Below are positions 10,531 to 26,732 of a DNA stretch of 64,000 nt, piece after piece (the first letter of the stretch is position 1; each line of letters opens with the position of its first letter). The stretch lies in the NCBI RefSeq assembly GCF_964194155.1, contig NC_135897.1, positions 21,204,001 to 21,268,000 on the forward strand, in the 5' to 3' direction. Under the pieces are notes generated by a model. That model had not been told where the DNA came from, did no database searches, and saw only the letters and a list, made by a program, of their open reading frames with translations. Position numbers and translations under genes: made by a program. The stretch comes from Cetorhinus maximus (taxonomy: Eukaryota).

Positions 10531-12519
10531 GGGGGAGGCGGTGGTGTCGTAATGTCACCAGACTAGTAATCCAAAGGTCCTGGCTAATGCTCTGAGGTCA
10601 TGGGTTTGAATCCCACCATGGCAGCTGGTGAAATTTAAATTCAGTTAATAAATCTGGAATTAAAAAGCTAGTCTCGGTAACATGGACCCTGAAACCATTT
10701 TTGATTTTCATAAAAACACATTTGGTTCATAAAAGTCCTTTTTGGGAAGGAAATCTACCAACCTGATCTGGTCTGGCCTACATATGACTCCAGACCCACA
10801 GCAATCTAGTTGACTCTTAAATGCCCTCTGGAATGGCCTAGCAAGCCACTCAGTTGTATCAAAACTGCTACGACGTCTACAAAAAGAAATGAAACCTGAT
10901 GGATCACCTAGCATCGACCTAGGCATTGGAATTGACAATGGCACACCCTGTTGACCCTGCAAAGTCCCCCTTACTAACCTCTGGAGGCTTGTGCCAAAAT
11001 TGGGAGAACTGTCCCACAGACGAGTCAAGCAACAGCCTGGCATAGTCATACTCATGGAATCATACTTTAGAGATAATGTCCTAGACATCACCATCACCAT
11101 CCCTTGGTATGTTTTGTCCCACCAACAGGACAGATCTACCAGAGGTGCGGCACTGTGGTACATAGTTGGGAGAGAGTTGCCCTGGGAATTCTGAATACCG
11201 ACTCTGAACCCCATGAAGTCACATTGCACAAAGTCAAACATAGGCAAGAAAACCTCCTGCTGATTACCACCTACCATCACTTAGTTGATGAATCAGTATT
11301 CTTCCATGTTGAATACTGGAGGAAGCACTGAGGATGGCAAGGGCATAGAATGTACTCTGGGTTGAGGACTTCAATGTCCATCACCAAGAGTGGCTCAATA
11401 AAACCACTACTGACTGAGCTGGCCAAGGCCTAAAGGACACAGCTGCTAGGCTGGGTCTGCGGTAGGTGGTGAGGGAACCAACAAGAGCGAGAAACCTACT
11501 TTACCTCATCCTCACCAATCTACCTGCTGCAGAGCATCTGTCCATGACAGTATCAGTAGGAGTACCATGACACAGTTCCTTGTGGAAACAAAGTCCTGTT
11601 TTCACACTGAGGATACCCCCATCATGTTGTGTGATACTACCACTATACTAAATGGGATAAATTTTGAACAGATCTATCAACCCAAAACTGGGCATCCATG
11701 AGGCTCTGTGGGCCATCAGCAGCAGCAGAATTGTACTAACCACAATCTGTAACCTCATGGCTTGGCATATCCCCCGCTTTACCATTACAATCAAGCCCGG
11801 GGATCAACCCTGGTTCAAAGAAGAGTGTAGGAGGGCATGCCAGGAGCAGCACCAGGCATACCTAAAAATGAGATGTCAAACTGGTGAAGCGACAACACTA
11901 CTTGCTTGCCAAACAGCATAAGCAACACATGATAGACGGAGCTAAGCGATCCCACAACCAATGGATCAGACCTAAGCTCTGCAGTCCTGCCACATCCAGT
12001 CACGAATGGTGGTGGACAATTAAACAACTCACTGGAGGAGAAAGCTCCACAAATACCCTCATCCTCAATGATGGGGGAGCCCAGCACATCAGTACAAAAA
12101 AAAGACAAGGCTGAGGCTTTTGCAATAATCTTCAGCCAGGAGTGCCAAATAGATGATCCATTGCAGCCTCCTCCAGAGGTCCCCAGCATCACAGATGCCA
12201 GTCTCCAGCCAATTCAATTCACTCCACATGATATCTAGAAATGGCTGTAGGCACTGGATGCTACAAAGCCTATGGGCCTTGACAACATTCCAGCAATAGT
12301 ACTGAAGACTTATGCTCCAGAACTAGCCAAGCCCTTAGCCAAGCTACTCCAGAACAGCTACAAAACTGGCAACTACCCGGCAATATGGAAAACTGGCCAG
12401 GTAAGTCCAGTCCACAAGAAGCAGGACAAATCCTGGCCAATTATCACTCCATCAATCTACTCTCAATCATCAGCAAAGTGATGGAAGGGGTCATCGACAG
12501 TGCTATCAAGCGCCACTTA
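10531..12519 (+). mobile_element. tRNA-headed, ORF1-less APE-RT LINE (CR1/L2 group), 3'-truncated, decayed
   Basis: tRNA-like head (CTAGTAA loop 10563, B-box GGTTTGAATCC 10603), ~330-nt leader, then APE (LVPKLGEL..VILMESY ~10990), PGDQPWF, and GLDNIPAIVLKTYAPEL..PVHKKQDK (RT start). Confidence 0.85.
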
Positions 12520-12826
12520 TTCAACACCTATGTCTCTCTCTCTCTGCTCCCCTCACTTCACAAATAGCCCCTGTCCCTTTCTTTCATTTCAGCTGCTGAG
12601 AATGTCAATTTCCTCAGCCATAGGAGGAAATTTGCTGGCAGGAAGTGGGCTGATCTTGAAAATGCATCATCACTTGATCTGACTCTCTCAAGCACCAGCT
12701 CAGAAATGACACGGCACAGAGTTTAGAGGTTTTGTCAGAGGAGGGATCTGCACATGGTGGCTCATACTGACAAAGGTGTGCAGGAGGCAGGGCAAGAGGT
12801 ATAAAAGACCACAGATGCTAGCTCAA
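12520..12826 (+). repeat. Left arm of ~305-bp inverted repeat (partner 17342-17642)
   Basis: Direct reverse-complement comparison shows about 90% identity by eye. Confidence 0.9.
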
Positions 12827-15800
12827 TGGAGTGCAGCCAAGCTAACTGAGTGAAGACTTGGAGTTTGTTGACAGGGGGAGTTCGGTGAAGTGGGAGAAGG
12901 AATTGTTTGTTTCCCCTTTCCATCTTCCTCATCCCATAGAAATTGGTTCTTGCTCTACTACAGGGAAAGGAACTAGCAGTTTGGTAAGTATCTGCTAAGT
13001 GGGTAAGTTCTATTCTATCCCAAGGTTTAAAATAGTACACATTTTGGTGATAAAGTTAATAAAATATATAAGAAAGCAACATAAATAAGTGATTAATATA
13101 ATTAACTAATTATTTAAATCACATTAAGGATGGCAAGACAGGTGATGTGTCAAGGCTGCAGCAGGTGGGAGCTCCTGGAACACATTGTGATCCAGGGCAA
13201 ACACGTCTGCAGTAAGTGTTTGCAGCTTGAGACACTTTGACTCAAGGTCATTGAATGGAGGCTGAGCTGCAGACACTGCGACACATCAGGGAGAGGGAAA
13301 GTTACCTGGATGCTTTATGCCAGGAGGCAGTCAACACCACTTAGGATAGTGTCTTTTGACTTGGTCAGTGGCCAGGGACAGGAAGATGTGACTGCGAGTG
13401 AGGCAGGTAAGGGGACCCAGAGGGCAGGAGTGTGAGCCTCTGCAATTGTCCAACAGGCTTGAGGTTTTCTCAGCTTGTTTGGATGAGAGTGGGGGCTGCA
13501 GGATGGATGAGCAAACTGACCATGGCACCATGGTACACGAAGCCATCCAAGTAGGGGATAGTAGTAGGAGACAGTATAGTGAGAGGATTGACACTGTTCT
13601 CTGTAGCAAAGAGCGAGAGTCCAGACGGCTTTGTTGCCTGCCTGGTGCCAGGGTTTGGGACATTTGCTCAGGGCTGGAAAGGAACTTGTAGTGGGAGGGG
13701 GAGGATCCAGTGGTCGTGGTCCATGTAGGTAGCAACAACATAAGCAGGATGAGGAAGGAGGCTCTGCATAGTCAGTATTATGAGCTAGGTACCAAATTAA
13801 GAAGCAGAACCTCAAAGGTCATAATTTCTGGATTATTACCTGAGTCATGTGCAAGTTGGCATAGGACAAATAAGATTAGAGAAATGAATCCGTGGCTCAA
13901 AGACTGGTGTGGGAGAAGTGGGTTCCGGTTTGTGGGGCACTAGCACCAGTATTGGGGAAGGTGGGATCTGTACTGTTGGGGCGGTCTACACCTGAACCGT
14001 GTTGGTGGTGGTATCGGCGTGAACCGCATAACCAGGGAAGTAGAGGGTTTTAAACTGAATAGTGGGGGCAAGGGATCAAATTAGGGAATATGTGGTAAAC
14101 CAAAGAGTAGAGACAAGGTAAGAGGGACAGCTATTAATATGGGAAATAAGAAACAGAATGCGACAGGAAGGGACGGAGAGTACAAATCTAAGAGTAAATC
14201 AGCAGATAAGGCCAGACACTACAAAAATAATAGAAGGCCAAAACTAAAGGCTCTGTATCTAAACATACGTAGCATTCAAAACAAAACAGATGAACCAATA
14301 GCGCAAATAGAAATAAATAAGTACGATCTGATAGCCATTACAGAGACATGGCTACAGGGTGACATAGGTTGGGTCCTGAATATTGAAGGGTATGTAACAT
14401 TTAGGAAGGACAGGAAGTTAGGAATAAGATGGAGGCGTGGCTTTGTTAATTAATGATGGTATCAGCACATTTGAGAGTGATGACCTAAGTTCAAGAAACC
14501 AGGATGTAGAAGCGGTTTGGGTTGAGCTGGAGAATGATAAAGGCAAGAAGTCACTTGTGGGAATGGAGTACAGGCCTTATAATTATAACTACACAGTAGG
14601 ACAGACTATAAAAGAAGAGAAAATGGGAGCTTGCCAGAAAGGTACAGCAATAATCATGGGGGATTTTAATCTACATATAGACTGGAAAAATCACATGGGC
14701 AAAGGAAGCGTGAATGAAGACTTCTTGGAATGTTTTCAGGATAGTTTCTTAGAACAACACATTCTGGATCCAACCAGAGAGCAGGCTGTACTAGATCTGG
14801 TATTGAGCAATGAGATAGGATTAATTGATAATCGCCTAGTGAAGGCACCCCTAGGTAGCAGCAATCATAATATGATTGAATTTTACATAAATTTTGAAGG
14901 AGAAACGAGTGCATCCAAGACTAGTATTTTAAAGTTAAATAAGGACAATTATGGGAGCATGAAAGCAGAACTAAAGGGAACTGGCAAATGAGATTAAGGG
15001 ATATGTCATTAGGAGTTCAGTGGCAGACATTTAAAGGAATATTTCAGAATACATACATTACAATGAGAAAGAAAAATTCCAAGGGAAGGGCCCACCATCC
15101 CTGGTTAACTAAAAAAGTTAAAGAGAGCATCAAACTTAAAAGAAAAAACATATAATTATGCAAAGATAGGTGGCAGGTCAGAAAATTGGAAGGAATATAA
15201 AGAATAGCAAAGAATGACAAAAAGATTAATGAGGGAAAAAATAGAGTATGAGAGAAAGCTAGCTGGTAATATAAAGACAAATAAGAGTTTCCATAGCTAT
15301 TTAAATAAGAAAAGAGTTAACAAAGCGAATGTTGGTCCTATGCATTGGAGGAATTAATAATGGAAAGTAGGGAGATGGTAGATGAATTAAACAGGTATTT
15401 TGCTTTGGTCTTCATCATAGAGGACACGAGTAACATATCGGAAATAGCTGTAAATCGGAAATGGAAGGGAGGGAGGAACTCAGGAAAATTACAATCACCA
15501 GGGAAGTGGTACTGAGCTATTGTTGGGGCTGCGGGCTGACAAATCTCTAGGTCCAGATGGACTTCACCCTAAGGTCTTGAAAGAAGTGGTGAGAGAGATA
15601 GTTGACGCACTGGTTTTAATTTTCCAAAATTTCCTAGATTAGGGGAAGGTTCCTTTACATTGGAAAATAGCAAATATAACTCCTTTTTCAAAAAGGGAGG
15701 GAGACAAAGCAGGAAATTATAGGCCAGTTAGCTTAACATCTGTCATAGGGAAAATGTTAGAAGCTATTATTAAAGATGTTATAGCAAGGCGCTTAGAAAA

Positions 15801-17060
15801 ATTCAAGGCAATCAGTCAGAATCAACAGGGTTTTGTGAAACGGAAATCATGTTTAACCAATTTATTGGTGTTCTTTGAACGAGTCACATGTGCTGTGGAT
15901 AAAGGGGAACCAGTAGTTGTACTGTACTTAGATTTCCAGAAGACATTTGATAAAGTGCCACATCAAAGGTTATTGCAGAAAATAAAAGCTCACGGTGTAG
16001 GGGGTAACATATTGGCATGGATAGAAGATTGGCTGGCTAACAGGAAGCAGAGAGTTGAATAAATGGGTCTTTTTCTGGTTGGCAGGATGTGACAAGTGGT
16101 GTGCCACAGGGTTCAGTGCTGGGGCGTCAACTTTTTACAACTTATATAAATGACTTGGGTGAAGGGACCGAAGGACTGGTTGCTAAATTTGCTGATGACA
16201 AGGAGGCTACAAAGTGACATAGATAGGGCAAAGATCTGGAAAATGGAGTATAATGTGGGCAAATGTGAAATCGTTCATTTTGGTAGGAAAGATAAAAAAG
16301 ATTATCTAAATGATGAGAGTTTGAGGAGCTCTGAGATTCAGAGGGATCTGGGTGTCCTAGTGCATGAATCACAAAAGGCTAGTATGCAGGTACAGCAGGT
16401 AATTAGGAAAGCTAATAAAAAGTTATCATTTATTGTGAGGGGAATTGATTACAAAAGTAGGGAGGTTATGCTTCAGTTGTAGAGGGCATTGGTGAGACCA
16501 TATCTGAAGTGCTGTGCACGTACTGGTCTCCTAATTTAAATAAAGATGTAAATACATTAGAAGCAATTCAGAGAAGGTTTACTAGACTATACCAGGAACG
16601 GGCGGGTTGTCTTATCAGGAAAGGCTAGGCAGGTTAGACTTGTACCCACTGGTATCTAGAAGAGTAAGAGGTGACTTAATTGAAACCTTTAAGATCCTGA
16701 GGGATCTTTACAGGGTTGGATGTGGAGAGGATGTTTCCTCTTGTGGGAGAATCTAGAACTTGGGGTCACTGTTTAAAAATAAAGGGCTAACCCATTTAAA
16801 ACAGAGATGAGGAGAAATTACTTATTTCAGAGGATTGCGTGTCTTTGGAACTCTCTTCCTCAAAAGGCAGTGGAAGCCGTGTCTTTATATTTTTAAGGCA
16901 GAGCTAGATAGATTCTTGATTAACAAGGGGGTGAAAGGTTATCAGGGGTAGGTAGGAATGTGGGGTTGAGGTTACATTCAGATCAGCCATGATCTTATTG
17001 AATGGCGGAGCAGGCTCAAGGGGCCGAGTAGCCTACTCGTGCTCCTAATTCGTATGTTCA
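12827..17060 (+). mobile_element. Near full-length CR1/HER1-type LINE, decayed
   Basis: 5'UTR; ORF1 from ~13130 (CQGC..HVCSKC finger, VVVHVGSNN esterase); ORF2 APE (LYLNIRSI, ITETWL, MGDFN) and RT (QQGFVK, LDFQKTFDKVPH, KFADDT); 3' tail GATCAGCCATGATCTTATTGAATGGCGGAGCAGGCTC..TATGTTC. Confidence 0.93.
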
Positions 17061-17062
17061 TA

Positions 17063-18580
17063 TCAGAGTTTTCATAAAATTCTCCATCATAGTGGGTTTC
17101 ACTGAACTGATGATGGATCTGACCACTGGTGGATAGGATGGTTTCTACATCTGCCCAAAACCTTCAAACAAGTTAGGAATGGTCATCTTCACATTCCGTG
17201 GCATTGTGCACAAGCTCTCTGATTGGCTACTCAGTGCACCTAGCATTTCATGGTGTGTATCCAGGAGCCTTTTTGGTAACCTGAACCCCTGAAGTCAGCA
17301 TTGGAGTCCACTGAAGAACTGGCTTGTGATGTCGCCCTCTGTTGAGCTAGCATCTGTGGTCTTTTATACCTCTTGCCTTCTACACAACTTTGGCAGTATG
17401 AGCCACCATGTGCAGATCCTTCCTCTGAAAAAACCTATAAGCTCTGTGTCGTGTCATTTCTGAGCTGGTGCTCGAGAGAGTCAGATCAAGTGATGATGCG
17501 TTTTCAAGGTCAGCCCACCTCCTGCCACCAAATTTCCTCCTGTGGCTGAGGAGAATGACATCTCAGCAGTTGAAATCAAAGAAAGGGGCAGGGGTTATTT
17601 GTGATGTGAGGAAAGCAGAGAGAGAGAGACATGGGTGTTGAAAGCATCTGCAGAATGTGGCTGTCATGATGGAACAGCTGACTGTCTGTGTTGTGAGTAA
17701 GCGAGGACTGTAATAGTGATGAGTGTGAGCGTGAGGAGATGGTTTAGTGAAATGTGGTGCAGTAATTGGAGGACACTGCAGAGTAGTGGGGCAGGGTAGT
17801 GTTATAAATAGTGAGGCTATGAGTAATGCAGCTGTAATTAGAAAGTATTTTAGAGGTCTTCCATTAAGAATCTAGATAATTCATTGATTCTTTTTCCTGC
17901 TTTTGCAGCCATGTACTTGGAGCAATACTCCTGGCATTGATATCTGAAGCAATCCCCTCCTGAGTAGATGCCTCAAAGGCTTCGTGCCCCCTGAGGATAA
18001 AGGATGTCCCTACTCTTCTCCACCAAGGCCTCCAGAGCAACATCAGTCCCTCCTTCAGCTTGTTCCACAATTATTGCAGCCAGAAAGCACCATCTCTTTA
18101 AGAGGTGCTGGTGGTCTTTAAGTAGCTCCCTGGACTCCCGATACTGCAGTCCCCTCCACCCTCAGATGCCAATGATTAATGCTCACATTAATTGTTGTAA
18201 TTAGCAGGCATCACAGTTATTGCACGTTGTCTTATTGAGGCAATGTGACACAGGGTAGCTAGGTTAGGCCACAAGCCAGAAACGTTGGGCTGAATTGTAT
18301 GCAGGAGGAGAGGGAATAGGTGACCTGGACACTTGTCCTTGGCTCCCCTACCATAGGTAAAATCGCAGGGGTGGCAAGAGGACGCCCTTAAGCAGCCTTT
18401 AATTGGCCACTTAAGTACTTTTTAGGCCCATGAGCGAGCGGCCTGCCTGACAACTCCCATCACGGGTAAAATACCTGAGCGGTTGGGTACGTGATGGGCA
18501 CAGTGCCATTACCACCATGGTGCCCAATTTTATGCTCCTTGCCTGCCAACCCACAAGTCAGGGGGGAGTAAAATTCCATC
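17063..18580 (-). mobile_element. Probable Harbinger/PIF-type DNA transposon remnant (includes right inverted-repeat arm 17342-17642)
   Basis: Minus-strand HHEMLGALS..ESL remnant resembles the accessory ORF of fish Harbingers as recalled; GGGCTGAATT...GTAAAATTCC terminal-type motifs at ~18287 and ~18575. Confidence 0.4.
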
Positions 18581-19864
18581 TGTTAATTTTGTTCCTTTCC
18601 TAATATCTCCTTTTTTGACACATTGCCCTTTTTTGATAGTTTTCTTGTGCTAAGGGTGCTTTATAAATCAAGTTATGTTGTTGTTGGTAATTCATCCACT
18701 ATTTCCATTTCCTTGGTTTCTCTTAGCACTTCTCTCTGAAACATGGGAGCTCTGGGCATCCCTGCTCCCATCCTTCATGGTTTATTCGAGGTGCAGTGAT
18801 AGCATGAACTTTTGACTGACCTGTAGCAACTTACTTATGAAATTTAATATGATTCATTTGCCCTCAATAATCCCATGCTATACCTGTCTCTGAAAGTTCT
18901 TGTACCTTCACCTCTAAAATCACAGGTCTTTATTTCTGTTTATTGATCATTGGGAATTTTCACATATCTTAACACACCGATTAAACCTGGCTTTTCCTTC
19001 AAGTAAATCTCATTGTAAACAGACCGCATGACCCCCAACTCAATTTTACATCTTTCCTGCTCACCTTTAAAACGATCATTCATCCCTTTTTGGCTTGATT
19101 TATAAGTGTGCCTCTGCTTTCTCAAATATTCTGCTAAAATCCCTTTTTCTAGTCAACCTTATGTACAATTCTCCCCATATAAATGTATTTTGTTCTCTTT
19201 GATTGCTAATCTGTTTTACTGTTTCAATAAAATGCATTGTATTCTCCAACTGTGATCTCTACTTGCTGAGATTTTGATGTCTCTGGTGATATGCCTTTGA
19301 TTTTTCTTCTGCCTATGTTGCACTGCACTGAGGCCTCCTTTCAATCCCCCCCCCCACCACTCTTCTTTTTCAATTTACCTAGTCCACTACGAGCTTGAGT
19401 TGTTAGGGAGGCTTAAGACAGTGGTGATCTCCCAACGGTAAGGTATTTCCATCATTTAGTTTCATGGATTCTAATTTGGATAGCTCCTCATGGAGTCACT
19501 CCTTTATTATACCGAATATGTTGCTGCTGATTGATCATGGATGGTCACATATTCTTGATTATTTCCAAATTGGAAAATGGGTGTTGGGGCAGTCTTTACA
19601 AGACTGAGGGTCCAGAAAAGAGCCCTATGTCCTATAGTGGAGTAGGATACCCTACAGGTTGCATTCTGGCCCAACATTATTAGGTCTTACATCAAAGCTT
19701 TCTTTCCAGAAAGGTCTTATGATAAGCCAAACATTCTGCATAATCCTAGATTATAACTTGATATCCTGCATGATATCCTGCCATGTACTGCTTAACAGCC
19801 TGCTATAATATTACATCTATGTGCAGCATAAATATTGGCATGACCTGTTTCTATTCATTTTATC

Positions 19865-20192
19865 TAATACAACACAATTTACATTTATATATTTTTAAAA
19901 ATACAGGAGATATACAATGGCGCTTTACAAAGCACATAATGAGGGAGATGGATGTGAACCCTCGGTAGTGGTTAGGGGAGGTGACTGAAGGCTAGGTTGA
20001 AATGATAGGTCTGAGGATGTTTATGAAGGATGATGATGAAGTAGAGAGGTGGAAGGATTTAGGAAATTCAGGAAAGTAGAGCTGAGGCTACTGAAAGCTC
20101 TGCCTCTAATGGTGGCAAAGGAAAGCCTAAGTTAAAGGGCTGGAGAGTGTTGTAGAAGTAGGATGCTGCAGAATTGTGAGGCGATTTAAAGT
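19865..20192 (-). mobile_element. L2-type LINE 3' fragment
   Basis: ACAATTTACATTTATAT..CGCTTTACA tail motif followed by purine-rich L2-like body. Confidence 0.45.
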
Positions 20193-20196
20193 TCAT

Positions 20197-22485
20197 TGAA
20201 TCATAGACTGCTTACAGCACAGAGGAGGCTACTTGACCCATTGTGTCATGCTGACACTCTGCAACAGCAACTCAGCTACTGTCACAGCTCTGCCTCACCC
20301 CCACGGCCTTGCAAATGCTTTCTCTTCAGCTGCTTCAGGGAGGAGATCGCAGAGGTTCTGACCCAAATTTTTAATTCTTCTCTGGCCACGGAGGAGGTGC
20401 CAGGGGACTGGGGAACATCTAATATGGTGCCGCTATTTAAGAAGGGTTGAAGAGATAAGCCAGGGAACTACAGGCCAGTGAGTCTCACGTCAGTGGTAGG
20501 GAAACTTTTGGAGAAAATTCTGAGGGAGAGAATCTATCCACTTGGAGAGGCAAGGTTTGATCAGGGATAGTCAGCATGGCTTTGTCAGAGGGAGGTCATG
20601 CCTTAACAAATTTGATTGAATTTTTTGAGGAGGTGACCAGGTGTGTAGGGTAGTGCAGTTGATGTAGTTTATATGGATTTCAGCAAAGCCTTTGACAAGG
20701 CCCCACATGGGAGACTTATAAAGAAGGCAAATGCACATGGGATACAGGGTAATTTGATAAGGTGGATTCAAAATTGGCTTAGTTGTAGGAGGCAGAGTGT
20801 GATGACAGAAGGATGCTTTAGTGACAGGAAGCCAGTGTCCAGTAGGAAACCATAGGGATCTGTGCTGGGTCCCCTATTATTCGTCATTTATATAAACGAC
20901 ATAGATGACTATGTGGAGGGTAGGATTAGTAAGTTTGCGGATGACACAAAGATTGGCTGGGTGGTTATCAGTGAGGTTGAGTGTCTTGGGCTACAGGAAG
21001 ATATATGGTCAAATGGGCAGATAAGTGGCAGATGGAATTTAACCCTGAAAAGTGAGAGGTGATACACTTTGGAAGGAGTAATTTGACAAAGAAGTATTTA
21101 ATGAACGGCATGACACTAGGAAGTTCTGAGGAACAAAGGGACCTTGGCGTGTGTGTCCATAGATCTCTGAAGGCGGAGGGGCATGTTAGTGGGGTGGTGA
21201 AAAAGGCATATGGGACACTTGCCTTTATCAGTCGAGGCATAGATTACAAAAGTAGGGATGTTGGAGTTGTACAGAACCTTGGTGAGGCCACAGCTGGAGT
21301 ACTGTGTGCAGTTCTGGTCGCCACACTATAGGAAGAATGTGATTGCACTGGAGAGGGTGCAGAGGAGATTCACCAGGATGTTGCCTGGGATGAAATATTT
21401 ATGTTATGAAGAGAGGTTGGATAGACTTGGGTTGTTTTCGTTGGAGCAGAGAAGACTAAGGGGCGACTTGATTGAGGTGTACAAGATTATGAGGGACATG
21501 GACAGGGTAGATAGGGAGCAGCTGTTCCCCTTAGTTGAAGGGTCAGTCATGAGGGGACACAAGTTTAAGGTGAGGGGCAGGAGGTTTAGAGGGGATGTGA
21601 GGAAAAACATTTTTATTCAGAGGGTGGTGACAGTTTGGAATGCGCTGCCTGGGAGGGTGGTGGAGGCGGGTTGCCTCACATCCTTAAAAAAGTACCTGGA
21701 TGAGCACTTGGCAAGTCATAACATTCAAGGCTGTGGGCCAAGTGCTGGTAAATGGGATTAGGTAGGTAGGTCAGGTGTTTCTCATGTGTCGGTGCAGACT
21801 TGATGGACCGAAGGGCCTCTTCTGCACTGTGTGATTCTACTCATACAATTCCTTTTTAAAAGCTCCGATTATATCTGCCTCTACCACACTCTCAGGCAGC
21901 GTATTCAGATCCTAACCACTCGCTGCGCAATAAAGTTTTTCCTCATTTCACTGTTGACTCTTTAGCCAATCACCTTATCTCTGTGTTCTCGGGTTCTCAA
22001 CTCTTCCACTAATGGGAACAGTTTCTCACTATCTACTCTGTCCAGACCCCTCATGATTTTGAACAGCTCCCTCAAATCTCCTTTCAACCTTCTCTTCTCT
22101 AAGGAAAACCACCTCAACTTCTCTAATCTACCCATGTACTGAAGTGCCTCGCCAATGAACCAATTTCCTCAATATTTTCTGCACCCTCTTTAATCCATTC
22201 ACATCCTTCCTAAAGTGTGATGCTCAAAAATGGATACAATATTTCAGCTGAGGTCAAACCAGATTTATAAAGGATCATCATAACTCCCGTGCTTTTACAT
22301 AGCCCAGGATCCCAGATGCCCTCTTAACCATTTTCTCAACTTCCCCTGACACCTTCAACAATTTGTGCACATATACCATCAGGATTCTCTGCTCCCGCAC
22401 CCCCTTTAGAATTGCACCCTTTCTTTTATATTGCCTCTCCTTCCTGCCAAAATGTATCACTTCACACTTCTCTGCATTGAACTTA
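20197..22485 (-). mobile_element. CR1 3' fragment split by a younger plus-strand CR1
   Basis: Tail CATAGA..CAGCACAGAGGAGGC at 20202; continues after 21840; FNAEKCEVIHFGRK at 22278-22502. Confidence 0.75.
20337..21840 (+). mobile_element. 5'-truncated CR1 LINE (RT domain and 3'UTR), relatively intact
   Basis: VPLFKKG, MDFSKAFDKAPH, KFADDTK, LVRPQLEYCVQFWSP, WNALP; ends GCACTGTGTGATTCTA. Confidence 0.92.
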
Positions 22486-22489
22486 ATTA

Positions 22490-25699
<3,210 letters not shown>

Positions 25700-25705
<6 letters not shown>

Positions 25706-26566
25706 CCCACCGCAAAGGGCATCACTGACCCAATGTACAGGCCAGGATACATCACTGATACACCACACAAGCCAGGACACAATATTGACCCACCGCAAAG
25801 GCTGGGATACAGCACTGACCCACCGCACAGACCAGGATACATCACTGAGCTACCGCACAGACCAGGATACATCACTGACCCACCACACAGACCAGGATAT
25901 ATCACTGACCCACCGCACAGACCAGGATATATCACTGACCCACCGCACAGACCAGGATACAGCACTGACCCATCGAACAAGCCAGGATACATCACTGACC
26001 CACCGCACAGTCCGAATACAATACTGACCTGCCGCACTTGCTGGGATACATCACTGACCAATCGCACAGGCCGGGATACATCACTGACCCACCCCACAGG
26101 CCAGGATACATCACTGACCCAACGCACAGGCTGGAAGACAATACTGACCCACCATACAGGCTGGAATACATCACTGACTCACCACACAGTGAGGGATACA
26201 TCACTGACCCACTGCAGAGACCAGGATACATGACTGACCAACCGCCCAGGCCACAGTCAGCATTGATCCGACGCAAAGACCGGATACGTCACTGACGCAC
26301 CACACCGGCTAAGATACAACACCGACCCACCACACAGGCCGAGATACATCACTGACCCACCATACAGACCAGGATACATCACTGACCCACCGCACAGGCT
26401 GAGATACATCACTGACCCACCATACAGACCAGTATACATCACTGACCCACCGCACAGGCTGAGATACATCACTGACCCATGGTACAGGCTGAGATACATC
26501 ACTGACCCACGGTACAGGCTGGGATACATCACTGACCCACCGCACAGGCTAATGTACATCACTGTC
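25700..26566. repeat. 30-bp minisatellite, ~29 copies
   Basis: Unit ATCACTGACCCACCGCACAGGCCAGGATAC. Confidence 0.97.
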
Positions 26567-26631
26567 ACACTCCAGATCTATTTTTAAAATTGAATTTGAA
26601 TCAGAGTCTAGAGTATCCCATAATGTTGTAC

Positions 26632-26725
26632 CTTCAAAAATAATTTGTCCACAGAAGTCAGTTGTAATATTTTTCATCTCACAGGCATTAGCTTTCTGCA
26701 TTGGTGAACCCTTCCAAACTCCTGA
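26632..26725 (-). other. PROC: Candidate non-coding exon 1 of protein C (donor at 26632 AAG|gtacaa or 26683 CCT|gtgaga)
   Basis: Lies immediately downstream of the promoter module. The first coding exon has a splice acceptor in its 5'UTR, so an upstream exon is required. Confidence 0.5.
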
Positions 26726-26732
26726 AAAATCT

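Noticed and set aside
10531-10625. Functional tRNA gene
   Set aside because: Broken stems and an oversized variable region, and it is fused to a retroelement body in two copies.
19560-19700. Possible RTE-like RT remnant (GCILA motif)
   Set aside because: Too short and degenerate to support.
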